The translations under genes and the position numbers were made by a program. A model generated the notes under the pieces. It saw only the letters and a program-made list of their open reading frames with translations, was not told the origin of the DNA and searched no databases. A stretch of DNA of 63,916 nt, filler included, from Octopus bimaculoides (lineage: Eukaryota): assembly GCF_001194135.2 (NCBI RefSeq). It is 9 parts of 8 records of this genome, joined end to end, with 100 filler letters (N's around TTAATTAATTAA, not from the genome) between each part and the next. Parts side by side here need not be neighbours in the genome. Positions count along the whole stretch, not along the records: positions 1 to 3,742 come from NC_068996.1; positions 3,843 to 11,657 come from NC_069005.1; positions 11,758 to 15,990 come from NW_026401981.1; 6 more parts are not named here. One strand, 5' to 3'. Shown here piece by piece: positions 1 through 13,102 of this stretch (its first letter is position 1; every line of letters begins with the position of its first letter).

Positions 1-46
<46 letters not shown>

Positions 47-50
47 CATA

Positions 51-684
51 CATGGGTAAACTGTAGCCATTTCATATTAATTTCGCGCATACGCATTGTT
101 TGTTTTTGATTTTGTCGACTACACAGTATATATAGTAGGGTCAGTTGAGCACCGGCTGTGAGGAAAACAGCAACATGATGCAATTCACTCTGCTAGAAAT
201 TTTGAAACGACATGCTGTACTGCTTGGCATCTGTGCCGTAAGCTCCAGTACGAACAGATGCTGAACACACAGAACAACCGTTGGCTTGCCGTGTCCCCAA
301 AACATGTACCGAGTGTAGAAAGAAAATCAAACATCCACTCAACATCATAGTGTTTGGAGTGATCACTAGTGATGGCGATGTTGTGCCTCCATTCATCTTC
401 CCACACGGCTTCAGAATCAACATCAAGTACCTGGAGGCCTACATCAAGCAACTTGAGGAGGTCGTGCTGCCCTGGGTCAAGAGGGTGGCTGCTGGAAGAC
501 CTTATGTCTGGCAACAGGACTCTGAACCATGCCACACAAGCAAGAGAACCCAGTCATAGTTATCAGACAATTTCTGCAACCACAACACTCCTAACATCTG
601 GCCGCCTAACTCCCCAGACTGCAACCCCCTTGATTATTATATGTGTGGAGCGCAGTTGAGCGAGAGACCAACTAAACTCCTTGT
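51..684 (+). mobile_element. Tc1/mariner (DD37D, maT-like) transposon remnant, internally deleted, cut by gap
   Basis: ORF 281-559 (VFGVITSDG..PPFIFP; WQQDSEPCH) continues past a TAG into WPPNSPDCNPLDY; 37 residues lie between the 2nd and 3rd catalytic D. Confidence 0.85.
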
Positions 685-1645
685 NNNNNNNNNNNNNNNN
701 NNNNNNNNNNNNNNNNNNNNNNNNNNNNNNNNNNNNNNNNNNNNNNNNNNNNNNNNNNNNNNNNNNNNNNNNNNNNNNNNNNNNNNNNNNNNNNNNNNNN
801 NNNNNNNNNNNNNNNNNNNNNNNNNNNNNNNNNNNNNNNNNNNNNNNNNNNNNNNNNNNNNNNNNNNNNNNNNNNNNNNNNNNNNNNNNNNNNNNNNNNN
901 NNNNNNNNNNNNNNNNNNNNNNNNNNNNNNNNNNNNNNNNNNNNNNNNNNNNNNNNNNNNNNNNNNNNNNNNNNNNNNNNNNNNNNNNNNNNNNNNNNNN
1001 NNNNNNNNNNNNNNNNNNNNNNNNNNNNNNNNNNNNNNNNNNNNNNNNNNNNNNNNNNNNNNNNNNNNNNNNNNNNNNNNNNNNNNNNNNNNNNNNNNNN
1101 NNNNNNNNNNNNNNNNNNNNNNNNNNNNNNNNNNNNNNNNNNNNNNNNNNNNNNNNNNNNNNNNNNNNNNNNNNNNNNNNNNNNNNNNNNNNNNNNNNNN
1201 NNNNNNNNNNNNNNNNNNNNNNNNNNNNNNNNNNNNNNNNNNNNNNNNNNNNNNNNNNNNNNNNNNNNNNNNNNNNNNNNNNNNNNNNNNNNNNNNNNNN
1301 NNNNNNNNNNNNNNNNNNNNNNNNNNNNNNNNNNNNNNNNNNNNNNNNNNNNNNNNNNNNNNNNNNNNNNNNNNNNNNNNNNNNNNNNNNNNNNNNNNNN
1401 NNNNNNNNNNNNNNNNNNNNNNNNNNNNNNNNNNNNNNNNNNNNNNNNNNNNNNNNNNNNNNNNNNNNNNNNNNNNNNNNNNNNNNNNNNNNNNNNNNNN
1501 NNNNNNNNNNNNNNNNNNNNNNNNNNNNNNNNNNNNNNNNNNNNNNNNNNNNNNNNNNNNNNNNNNNNNNNNNNNNNNNNNNNNNNNNNNNNNNNNTAAG
1601 TTCTTATGCTATATTGGTAACGGTTGCTACATCCTCTGGGAAAAT

Positions 1646-1711
<66 letters not shown>

Positions 1712-1799
1712 ATATGTATGTATATGTATATGTAAAGTATGTATGTATGTATGTATGTATGTATAATGTACTGATCCGTGATAGAAAATTAAACAAAAA

Positions 1800-3220
1800 G
1801 AGTACTCCATCTGGTGAGAGATAAATATTATTTATTTAAAGGTCACAATGCATGTATTAAAGCGCTACTAATAGTTTCATATGTTGAGGAAACTCAAACA
1901 TATTCTTCAATGCAAACCACATATCATTACGAACTAAAGAAATTGAGGAAATAATAGAGGAAACACGAAAAAATTGAGAAGGCAGCATAGAGACAATGCA
2001 GACAGTAAACAACGGATAAACGAAAAATAAAAACTAAACTGTAAAAAATAAAAAGTAAAAATGGTAATAGACCTATCCTCCTTAGATCTTAAATGATAAG
2101 GCTGGAAAGATATGAAGTCAGTCAGGAATAGGCAGAATTTTCCAATTCTTCAAGATATATTTATTCATATGCATGCAACTACTGAAAATTTCTGACCTGG
2201 AGTTCAATAGAGAGTTAGGGATTTTAGCTCTGAACAGGATCTGCGCTCTTTCAGCCAAACAAAGTCTACATTTATTCGATCCATTCACATAAGGTACTGA
2301 ATTCCCAATTACTTTCCATTTAATCACATGTGGTGTTTTGTTATCTTTCAGAGTCCATACATAGCTAGCCAACTTAGTAGCTGTACTTTTGTCCTTATGT
2401 CGGAAGGAGGCTGTGTGATTGGCATAGCGATTTTTAAATTCTCCTTCATATAATCCAATATAGGTCTTCTTATCGATTGTATTATTATTTAGGGTTGCAG
2501 TAACTTCTGCCTTATGTATGATAGATTTAGTCATACATTGTTGGTCAAGGGGACAGGCTCCTGCGTCACGACAGTTGCAACTGGATTAAGGCTTTTGATA
2601 TTGACCACATGAAACGATACTCTTCATATTGGGGCAGCAGCTATGTTAATTTCACAGATTATCTATTAAATATTTTCCTGTATCTGTGAGTGGCTGGAAA
2701 GTGTTTGTCTAGGAGAGACAGGAAACTTTTACCTATGTTAATTTTTATATTAACCGAAAAGGAAGGTGCCAACCAAATAATTTTCCTTCGACTATTTTTA
2801 GGTTCCTTATTATCCTGCTAAATATTAGAGTGGTTTTGTACTACTTTATATTTGATGCTCTTAGATCTATTATTAATATCTTGATTTATATTAGAGGGAT
2901 TATATATCAATTTATCTTTTCAGCCACTCTTGGCTAGGGTCTTGTTATAATAGGGAGCAATTTTGTCGAAAATTTCTTTGGAAGAAGATAGGTTAGACGC
3001 TCTGTTACTAATATTAGCTATCAAGATTCTAAATATTACAGGAGGGTGACAAAATTGTTTCTGTATACATGCGAGTTTCTCATTAGGCTTGTGGATTAGA
3101 TTAGATTTAAACTCCTCCTTATACGAGGAGGAGTTTAAATCTAGGCCAACATCTAAATAATCAACTATAGAAAGATTAGTAGCTACTGTAATTTTAAGTC
3201 CTTAATGATTAAAGCTAGAA
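1800..3220 (-). mobile_element. Penelope-like retroelement remnant (degraded RT + GIY-YIG endonuclease)
   Basis: 2118-2534 KTYIGLYEGEFKNRYANH...CRLCLAE, preceded in frame by CNCRDAGACPLDQQC; RT remnant TNLSIVDYLDVGLDLN near 3130-3190. Confidence 0.88.
1861..1914 (-). ncRNA. Degenerate minimal hammerhead ribozyme motif downstream of the PLE ORF
   Basis: tTGAAGA, stem II ATATGTT/AACATAT, GAAA, near-palindromic ACTA-T-TAGT, GUA triplet; C3 mutated, stem I weak. Confidence 0.55.
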
Positions 3221-3227
3221 AGCATAT

Positions 3228-3713
3228 AGGTGACCCGTTAGCAATTGAAACCTAAAGGCAACTTTATGAACAAGGGTACATAATAGTACCTGCATTGCTA
3301 GAAACAACAGTAAAAACGACTGAAAAGTCACAAAAAGCACTAACTCAATAATTTGACGAAAGAGAGGAAACGAGAAAGCTCCTTACCGGAGTGAAACAAA
3401 CTTTGAATCATTTCAGTGGATCTTACTGCGCCTAGGATTGTCGCATAACTCGCCTCGTCAACTCATGAGAAAAACCGTTAAAAGCGTGCGCTAATTTGAA
3501 ACGGTAGAGGTGTATAGTATAAATAATACAGGTGGCCCGTTAATAATTCCAACCTAAAGGCGAATTTATAAGCAAGAGTAAAAAATAGTACCAGCATTGC
3601 TAGAAACAAGAGTCAAAAACGACTCAGAATACTACAAAAAGCATTCACTTTTTGAGTCATCTTTGACTCGTGTTTCTAGCAATGCTGGTACTATTTTGTA
3701 CCCTTGTTTATAA
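3228..3713. repeat. Tandem (~300 bp period) and inverted repeat block beside the PLE, pseudo-LTR-like
   Basis: 3228-3345 resembles 3530-3645; arms 3566-3626 and 3653-3713 are ~61 bp inverted repeats. Confidence 0.75.
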
Positions 3714-4401
3714 ATAAATAAATGAATATATATATATATATANNNNNNNNNNNNNNNNNNNNNNNNNNNNNNNNNNNNNNNNNNNNTTAATTAATTAANN
3801 NNNNNNNNNNNNNNNNNNNNNNNNNNNNNNNNNNNNNNNNNNTATATATATATATATACATATATATATACATATATATATATTATGCTGCGTTTAACTC
3901 TAAACCACTGCTTTGTTAGGTCACCGCCTTCTTACACACGCATGTGCACCCTCACAGTAACACATATTCTATACATTATAACATATATGTAGGTGTGACA
4001 ATACATGTGGATATAGATATGTATATGCACACACACGCAGGCGCACGCATACACACACATATATTTGTGCGTGTATATGTGTTGATGCATTAAAATGTGT
4101 GTATGTTTGTGTGAGTGTCTGTGTGTGTGTAGGCGAAGCGCATTATTCGCAGGGTTTGGTATTCGGAATGATTGGTGTCTTGCTTGCTTTACACCTTCAT
4201 TCTCGAGTTTTCTTCGCTATTTTCTAACAATTCCTTCATTCAGCGTTTATTCATTCTCTTTCTCGTTCTTCTCTTTTTCATTTATTTTCTTGCTTGATTC
4301 TCGCATGATTCTGTTAATAACCTTTTTTTTCAATTTTGATCATTCTTGTACCCTCCCTTTCAGTTCTCTTTTTACTTTACAATCATACAGTTACACATCC
4401 A

Positions 4402-4436
<35 letters not shown>

Positions 4437-5829
4437 NNNNNNNNNNNNNNNNNNNNNNNNNNNNNNNNNNNNNNNNNNNNNNNNNNNNNNNNNNNNNNNN
4501 NNNNNNNNNNNNNNNNNNNNNNNNNNNNNNNNNNNNNNNNNNNNNNNNNNNNNNNNNNNNNNNNNNNNNNNNNNNNNNNNNNNNNNNNNNNNNNNNNNNN
4601 NNNNNNNNNNNNNNNNNNNNNNNNNNNNNNNNNNNNNNNNNNNNNNNNNNNNNNNNNNNNNNNNNNNNNNNNNNNNNNNNNNNNNNNNNNNNNNNNNNNN
4701 NNNNNNNNNNNNNNNNNNNNNNNNNNNNNNNNNNNNNNNNNNNNNNNNNNNNNNNNNNNNNNNNNNNNNNNNNNNNNNNNNNNNNNNNNNNNNNNNNNNN
4801 NNNNNNNNNNNNNNNNNNNNNNNNNNNNNNNNNNNNNNNNNNNNNNNNNNNNNNNNNNNNNNNNNNNNNNNNNNNNNNNNNNNNNNNNNNNNNNNNNNNN
4901 NNNNNNNNNNNNNNNNNNNNNNNNNNNNNNNNNNNNNNNNNNNNNNNNNNNNNNNNNNNNNNNNNNNNNNNNNNNNNATATATATACGCTTGTGTTTTTC
5001 AATTAAGACCATTTAAGGCGAAAGTCGGTAGGAATTTATATTGATGTTTATATATGATTTTTTCTGTATGTGTGGATGTCTGTGTGTGTCTTGATGTGTA
5101 GGCATGTGTGAGGGTCTTTGTATGAATGCATGCGTTTATATTGTTTCGCTTTCCGAATTTGTGCGTATGCGCCTCTGAATGTATTTTTGTATGCATTCAT
5201 GTGATTTTCTATGTAGCACTGTTTCTCTCTTTATCTCTCTCGATCTCACCTCTTTGTATGTATGTGTGTGTGTTTGTGTGTGAACGTATAACTAATGATA
5301 AACAACCAGTTTCTATTTTATTTCAAGGCTCTGAAATCCTACAACATTTTTCAACTGAAATCTACCAATAAATGCAAAATACGAACACACAAGCTCACAC
5401 GCACACACATAGAAACATACAAACAAACAGGCAAGCATGCGCACACACCCACCCAAACCTACACTCATGCGCGCACGAACACGTATGGATAAACATATGT
5501 AATATACATACAAACCGACACTGGAAGAGAAAGATAGGGAGAGGGTGTTTCTTTTATTTTACAAAAGAATTTCTTTGTAAAATGAATTCTTTCTAAAGCT
5601 TGAGAGTGAAACGTACACATTTGAATGAAACACTAGGCGCAGCCCATACCTTTCATTTACTTGTTCAATACCGAATGTGCTTGTGTGTATGACTCGAAAT
5701 GGTAGGAAATCAGAACGAGATTAATTTGTAACATACTTGAGTATATTATGCGATTGAAATATTTCTAATTGGTTGTATCGTTAATACATAGGCTTCAATA
5801 TTCTGAGGCATTTAAGCAGAGTACTTGAA

Positions 5830-6216
5830 ATGAGAATGCGTGGCAGTTTGAAAGGAATACACAGAACGAGTAGGATAATACAGCAACGTGGGCATGGCTT
5901 GATCGAAGTGATTTGAAGCGTACCACCGAAAGCCTGATCATTGCTGCACACGTCCAGTCTCTCGCTTCCAAGTCAGTGAAGTACAACAAGTATAAAACTT
6001 ATGATACCCAGAAATGTAGCCTCAGTGGAAAGAATGAGGAAAATGTCAAGAAAATACTAAAATTAATTTAAAACCGGAAACGGAGGCTCTGATCTGTGCT
6101 GCCCAAGAGCAAGAACTAAGAACAAACTATATAATATACAGAATTCTCCCTTAATAATAATAATAATAATGATAATAATAATAATAATGATAATAATAAT
6201 AATAATAATAATAATG

Positions 6217-6273
<57 letters not shown>

Positions 6274-6499
6274 TGCAAACACCTGGATTTGCCCCATGAT
6301 AAAAACTGGCGGGAACACACACCACCCCCAGTACTTGAAAATGATCACATTGCACTCCTCTGGAACTTCACCATTCAAACTGACAGAAAGATAGACGCAA
6401 ATAGGCCAGACATCATACTGAAAGACTTCAGACAAAAATCATGCCTCCTCATTGATATGACTGTCCCAATTGATATAAACGTATCTGTCAAGACTTACC
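5830..6499 (+). mobile_element. R4/Dong-like non-LTR retrotransposon fragments (restriction-like endonuclease clade) around a (TAA)n tract
   Basis: TWAWLDRSDLKRTTESLIIAAHVQ (5885-6060); LKPETEALICAAQEQ (6068-6150); WREHTPPPVLENDHIALLWNFTIQTDRKIDANRPDIILKD...LIDMTVP (6274-6499). Confidence 0.85.
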
Positions 6500-6780
6500 N
6501 NNNNNNNNNNNNNNNNNNNNNNNNNNNNNNNNNNNNNNNNNNNNNNNNNNNNNNNNNNNNNNNNNNNNNNNNNNNNNNNNNNNNNNNNNNNNNNNNNNNN
6601 NNNNNNNNNNNNNNNNNNNNNNNNNNNNNNNNNNNNNNNNNNNNNNNNNNNNNNNNNNNNNNNNNNNNNNNNNNNNNNNNNNNNNNNNNNNNNNNNNNNN
6701 NNNNNNNNNNNNNNNNNNNNNNNNNNNNNNNNNNNNNNNNNNNNNNNNNNNNNNNNNNNNNNNNNNNNNNNNNNNNNNNN

Positions 6781-6822
<42 letters not shown>

Positions 6823-6854
6823 GTAGCAACAACAAAAACAACAATACTGTTAAT

Positions 6855-7030
6855 CAAGGGGATTAAGTCGATTACGTCGACCCCAGTGCGTAACTAGTAC
6901 TTTTTTAATCGACCCCGAAAGGATGAAAGGCAAAGTCGACCCCTACGGAATTTGAACTCAGAACGTAACGGCAGATGAAATACTGCTAAACATTTCTCCT
7001 GGCGTGCTAAATATTCTGTCAGATCGCCGC
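6855..7030 (-). mobile_element. tRNA-derived SINE family B copy
   Basis: Shared core gtcgaccccagtgcgtaactggtact...cgaccccgaaaggatgaaaggcaaagtcgac...ggaatttgaactcagaacg; B box GAGTTCAAATTCC on the minus strand. Confidence 0.8.
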
Positions 7031-7599
7031 TCTTGTTAATGAAAAGAATATGAACAACCTTCCACCGAGATTGTCTCTGACTTTCATCCCCTTTGGGGTC
7101 AATAAAATTAGCCCTAGCTGAGTCCTGGGGTCGACGTAATGGTCTCGTTCCTTCTCCCGTAATTCCTGGCCTTGTGTAAAAAATTTGAAATCAATATTAG
7201 CAACGAGAACAATATTATCAATGATAATATTAACAACAGCAGCAAAAATAATGGCTATCGTTCCGATGATATCATAATATATTTCTTTTTTTTTTAACAC
7301 TATCTTTTCTACATTTTTTTCTATAGAGATCGTCTCCTACTTACGCAAGTTCTCCGTCTTCGTCATCTTTCTTCGAAACGTTCTCTGACTCTCTTCCTCT
7401 GTTCTCTCTCTTATTCCTTTCCAACACCGTCATTTGTTTAATCGTCAATATTTTTATTAGCGAAGACACTGGCCTAGTCTCTGTTGACAGTATTGTAATT
7501 ACTGGTCTCGTATGGCTCACTGCTGTCGGGTCATCGTTAAATATCATTGTCACAGTCTCCTTTATTACTCAATAGCATTATATACTCCATCACAGCCAT

Positions 7600-8162
7600 C
7601 GATAGCGTGCATCGCTACTACTATGGCTATCAACAGCCACGCCGTCACCATCATCATTAATCGTTACCATGATCATCATCATCGTAACAAATTACCCTCG
7701 TCGACATCTTTATCAAAAACATTAACAACTTCACCATCATCATCATCGTCAAAGAGGACAACATTAACGTCATTATCATTAAAATCATCACCATCATCAC
7801 CATCATCACCATCAACGTCATGACCATCATTATCATCATTATCACCATCGAGATAATCTTTACCAGTCAGCGCCATCATCATCATTTTCTTCCCCTCCTC
7901 CTTATTATCATAATCCTTATCATCGTCATCACAGGTCATCATCATTCATCATAATCTCGATCACCATCATCATCATACTCATCATCGTCAATCATCATCA
8001 TTCAGCATTAATCTTTATCACTCATTATTAATCATAATCATCATCGTCATCATCCTCATCTTCCTCATCATAATCACCACCACCAACATCACCACTATCA
8101 CCACCATCATCATCATCATCAGCAGCAGCAGCAGAAGCAGCATGATTAGCATTGAGTTGTCG

Positions 8163-8212
<50 letters not shown>

Positions 8213-8340
8213 TGCAGCAGCAGGATTAGCGTTGTCGTCGTCATGTCGTTCTCATCATCATCATCATCATCATCATCACCACCATCACCATCATCATCGT
8301 CATCATCGTCGTCGTCCTGAGATTTTTCGGCTTCATTTAT
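7600..8340. repeat. (CAT/CAC/CAG)n degenerate trinucleotide tract
   Basis: Direct reading. Confidence 0.9.
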
Positions 8341-9020
8341 TACCACATTATACAGCTGCACAAGGAGACACACTATCTTCATTACTTCCGCAATTATCGT
8401 GTTCGTCATAAACGCGGGCCGTTGTCGTCTTCATTACCATCCGCATCTACATCATCTTCATGATTGTCATCGCATTCGTCGTGGTGGTGGTTATCACCCA
8501 AAACATTTTCTTGTTTTTACTTAATTTGTTATGGCATCACTCACCTGCATTGGGAGAATCAATACCTTCATTGCTTTCATAATCATTGTTATCATTTTAG
8601 CTGTCATCGTTGTAGTGGTCGTCACCGTTGTCATCATCCTCATCATCTTTATCATTATCATCGTTTTGCCGTTAATAACCTCGCTCATCTTACCGCGAAT
8701 TTTGAACGCACGCAGTCAAGCGAATAATGCCCAAGAAAATTACACTCGCCGAAAGATTGGAGAACGCAAATAAGAATTCACCGGTTAATTATATACGCAC
8801 GCCAATTATATAGACAACTTTTTGGTTAATGATGACGTATACAAATACACAGAATGCACCTAGCATACACACGGACACACGTATGTTTACGGAAGCGTAT
8901 GTTTCTATATATGCGTGTGTGTGGGTGTTCGTGTGTGTGCATCAATTTAAACCGATAAACTTCGTAAGAAATACGCATACAGACACATATAAAGGCACGC
9001 ATACAAACTCACGTGCATTC

Positions 9021-9094
<74 letters not shown>

Positions 9095-9285
9095 CACGCA
9101 TTTTGCTGTCGCTAGCTGCTAGCAAGCAAGTAACCCAATAAAAGTAGCATGAAATTAAGTTAATTGTAGTAGTTACATGAAAGACTTCATGCGTGAGATT
9201 CAGCGATAGAGTTGCTTCATTTCTTTCCTCACCATTTTTTATACACTATTTTTCTTTCGTTCAAGTTTTTCTCTGTTGAATAGCT

Positions 9286-9610
9286 CTTCTTCTTCTTCTT
9301 CTTCTTCTTCTTCTTCTTCTTCTTCTTCTTCTTCTTCTCCTTCTCCTTCTTCTTCTTCTTCTTCTTCTTCTTCTTCTCCTTCTTCTTCTTCTTCTTCTTC
9401 TTCTCCTTCTTCTTCTTCTTCTTCTTCTTCTTCTTCTTCTCCTTCTTCTTCTTCTTCTTCTTCTTCTTCTTCTCCTTCTTCTCCTTCTCCTTCTTCTTAT
9501 CCTTCTCCTTCTCCTTCTTCTTCTTCTTCTTCTTCTTCTTCTTCTTCTTCTTCTTCCTCTTCTCCTTCTCCTTCTTCTTCTTCTCCTTCTTCTTCCTCTT
9601 CTTCTTCCTT
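9286..9610. repeat. (CTT)n/(CCT)n microsatellite
   Basis: Direct reading. Confidence 0.95.
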
Positions 9611-9985
9611 GTATATCAACTCCCGGTACTCTGTCTTTGTCGCTTCACAATACTCATTCTCTGCTCTGTTCTGTTGATCGTGATTTTCCAAGAATCTTTT
9701 GGCTACGTTTTAATCAATAATTAATTAGAACCGTCTTTTTTGGTACGCGTGTGTATCTGTCAGTGTGTGTTTACGTATATTTACGTATGGCCTTGCATAT
9801 GTTTGCATGTGTATGGCTTCGTGTGTGTGCGTATGTACATGCGCGCGTGTGTGTGTTTGTGAGTGCGATTATTTCCTTGTTCCATTCTTTAGTTTTAATT
9901 TCTGATGTATTTTTAGCTAAATTTATTTATGAGTTTGTATTAAGATTTTTTTCTGTTCTATTTCTGTTTTGCTTCTCTTTATTAC

Positions 9986-10030
<45 letters not shown>

Positions 10031-10632
10031 GGTTACTCTTTTGTTAGCAATTTTTGTTTAGTTCATTTATTTGTGCTCCATTTCAGTGTCATTCTTAAGA
10101 AAAATGTTATCTCAGAACATAATAACAGCTGACGGGGGTGAAGTGATAACACAAGATCAAAAACAACAACGAAAAGTAAAAAAATAAACAGAATCAAGAA
10201 AAAAGCAAAGAATTGCAGTAACAGTTACGCAGTACACACAGGCGAGTTGATTCTTTTCTTTAAAGATCTGAAACATCCAGAATGTTGCAAAAAAAAAAAA
10301 GGCGCACAACAAGCTAGTTAGAATTGACACCTGTTGNNNNNNNNNNNNNNNNNNNNNNNNNNNNNNNNNNNNNNNNNNNNNNNNNNNNNNNNNNNNNNNN
10401 NNNNNNNNNNNNNNNNNNNNNNNNNNNNNNNNNNNNNNNNNNNNNNNNNNNNNNNNNNNNNNNNNNNNNNNNNNNNNNNNNNNNNNNNNNNNNNNNNNNN
10501 NNNNNNNNNNNNNNNNNNNNNNNNNNNNNNNNNNNNNNNNNNNNNNNNNNNNNNNNNNNNNNNNNNNNNNNNNNNNNNNNNNNNNNNNNNNNNNNNNNNN
10601 NNNNNNNNNNNNNNNNNNNNNNNNNNNNCATA

Positions 10633-10663
<31 letters not shown>

Positions 10664-11605
10664 GTGTTTTTTTTTAGGTATATAATTATAATTCAAGATC
10701 CCGGAATGCCTACAATCCACCATACATTTGCTGTCTATTTATAAATAGAGAAGAAATTAAGAGTGCATTGTTGGTATTAGGCATTTGCCATTCCAGCGCC
10801 CTTATTTATAACTATATTTTTTTATTATTATATTCTTAAAAAATTAGTGTTACGCTTATGGTCGTTTTTTATACGCTTGCAACTGATATAATCATTTTAA
10901 TGATTATAACCTCAATTTATATATATGATCTTTTTTATTCTAAGATATACTCTCCTTCATTTTCTACAATGCTCTTCCCTCTATCACAAGTTCTTTTTCT
11001 ATCTTTGATATTGAGAAATGTAAAGCACTCTATGTAATATCCTTCGTTTCTAGGGCGCGAAAGTTTGAATTGTTGGGAAATTTAACTGCAATTTACAGTA
11101 GATCGAGTAATGGCAAAGAATAGCTAATATTCCGCTATCGCGAGTAAAAGACAAGTAGAAAAATAGAGACAGCCAGACAGGAAAAGAGACAAACTGAACG
11201 ACAGAACTAACGAAACGAAGAAAAGAAAAAAAAAATAGGATGAATAACACTAAGTTCAATGCGTACGGACATACACAAAACAAAAATAAAAACATATAAT
11301 TAATATTACAAATTCCTACTAATTAATTAGAAGACAATACTGGTACAATTCGGCAATAATTTAAAGAATGACTGTTGTAATTTGTTGCGTTTTAATTGCT
11401 CAAAATCTTTGCACGTTTAACAAGAAATATATAATTATTTTTCCAAACAGAATTAAAGTATGGACATAATGAACAGTATAGATTTAAATCATACTGAATA
11501 TATAATATTCAATAATTGATTATATAATCTGACTATATATATGTATGTATGTATATGTATATATGTATGTACACACACAGATACAGAGACAGAGACACAC
11601 ACACG

Positions 11606-11657
<52 letters not shown>

Positions 11658-12254
11658 NNNNNNNNNNNNNNNNNNNNNNNNNNNNNNNNNNNNNNNNNNN
11701 NTTAATTAATTAANNNNNNNNNNNNNNNNNNNNNNNNNNNNNNNNNNNNNNNNNNNNTGGACAAGAAATACAGAAATGAAACTGATTGATAACATACATA
11801 CAAATATACATACATACATACATACATACATACAAATATAACCTTGGTTGGTCATTTATTTTTACAGTATTTGAACTTAGAAACTTAAAATTATGTATAT
11901 ATATATATATATATATATTTAATCCAAAGACATACTAAGTATGTCTACCTACTTGAAATAAAAGTCAAAACTCGTTATTAAATCGCCAAAAATACACTGG
12001 TGATTACTACAGAAATCAAACGAAGGCAAATATATGTACAATGACCCTCATCGTTTTACTAACATTCTCGTCTTGTCTTGTTATGTTCTGGTCCTATTCC
12101 CAGCAAGTTTCTTGCCAGTACCTCCAGAGTGGAAGGAATATTATCGATAATGGCTGAAATTGCACTTGGACTCTCTGACCGATAACTCAAGAGGAGTTGG
12201 TGAACCTCTGTATTTTCTGTTCGTCTGTGTATTTATTTACTATATATGTTTTTG

Positions 12255-12304
<50 letters not shown>

Positions 12305-12384
12305 CACAAAGCATTTTGTGTATTGCTCTACTGATTCAGTTAATCTTTCTTTCTTATGCATCTTCCTGTTTGTTGTTTTATAAA

Positions 12385-12770
12385 TTCTGCAAATCCTGCC
12401 ATCCATCCATCCATCCTCTCTGTCCACTATTCCTGGAAGGTTTGAGGGGACAGCACTCTCGGGCACCTCCTCCATAAGGTCATATCAGAAGCAACCATCA
12501 TTACACTTTCTCACTGCATTCCCAAGAATGACCGAATGGAACTGAATATTATCTGGTCTACTCTTAAGTCTGGTTGGTTCCACTTGAAGAATTCACCTTG
12601 TGATTCTTTCCTTTGACATTCCAATCACATGTCTGCAGAACTGGAGGAAACCATTTCAGCTGCTTGTATTTGGGATCATACTCCTGTCATTATCCATCTT
12701 TCATCACCATAATTGAAGATAGGCACGAAAACCGATTTGAAGATAGCAAGTTTTGTTTTTTTTACCAGCC
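12385..12770 (-). mobile_element. RTE-clade (Expander/Rex3-like) LINE 3' fragment
   Basis: Degraded KLAIFKSVFVPIFNYGDERWIMT...IQAAEM; ends in a (GGAT)n tail. Confidence 0.65.
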
Positions 12771-12904
12771 CTTTCTCTTCTGAGGATTAAATTGACTTTA
12801 CACAAAAAAAAAAAGAAAAAAAAAAAAAGAAAAAAAACTCGAGTCATATTTAAATTGAGTGTGAAGTCAATTTAGAAAAAAACAATGGCCATTACCAGTT
12901 CCGC

Positions 12905-13102
12905 GTGACTGGCCCTCGTGCCGGTGGCATGTAAAAGTACCCACTATACTCTCAGAGTGGTTGGTGTTAGGAAGGGCATCCAGTTGTAGAAACTCTGCCA
13001 AATCAGATTGGAGCCTGGTGTTGCCATCTGGTTCACCAGTTCTCAGTCAAATTGTCCAACCCATGCTAGCATTGAAAGAGGACGTTAAACAACGATGATG
13101 AT
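12905..13102 (+). mobile_element. RTE 3'UTR-derived short element (family C)
   Basis: Matches 27086-27310 and the LINE 3' end at 28955-29150; ends ggacgttaaac..gatgatga. Confidence 0.8.

Noticed and set aside
3452-3512. Hammerhead-like ctcatgag...gaaacggtagagg
   Set aside because: G5 is mutated, stem II does not pair and stem I is displaced; too degenerate to claim
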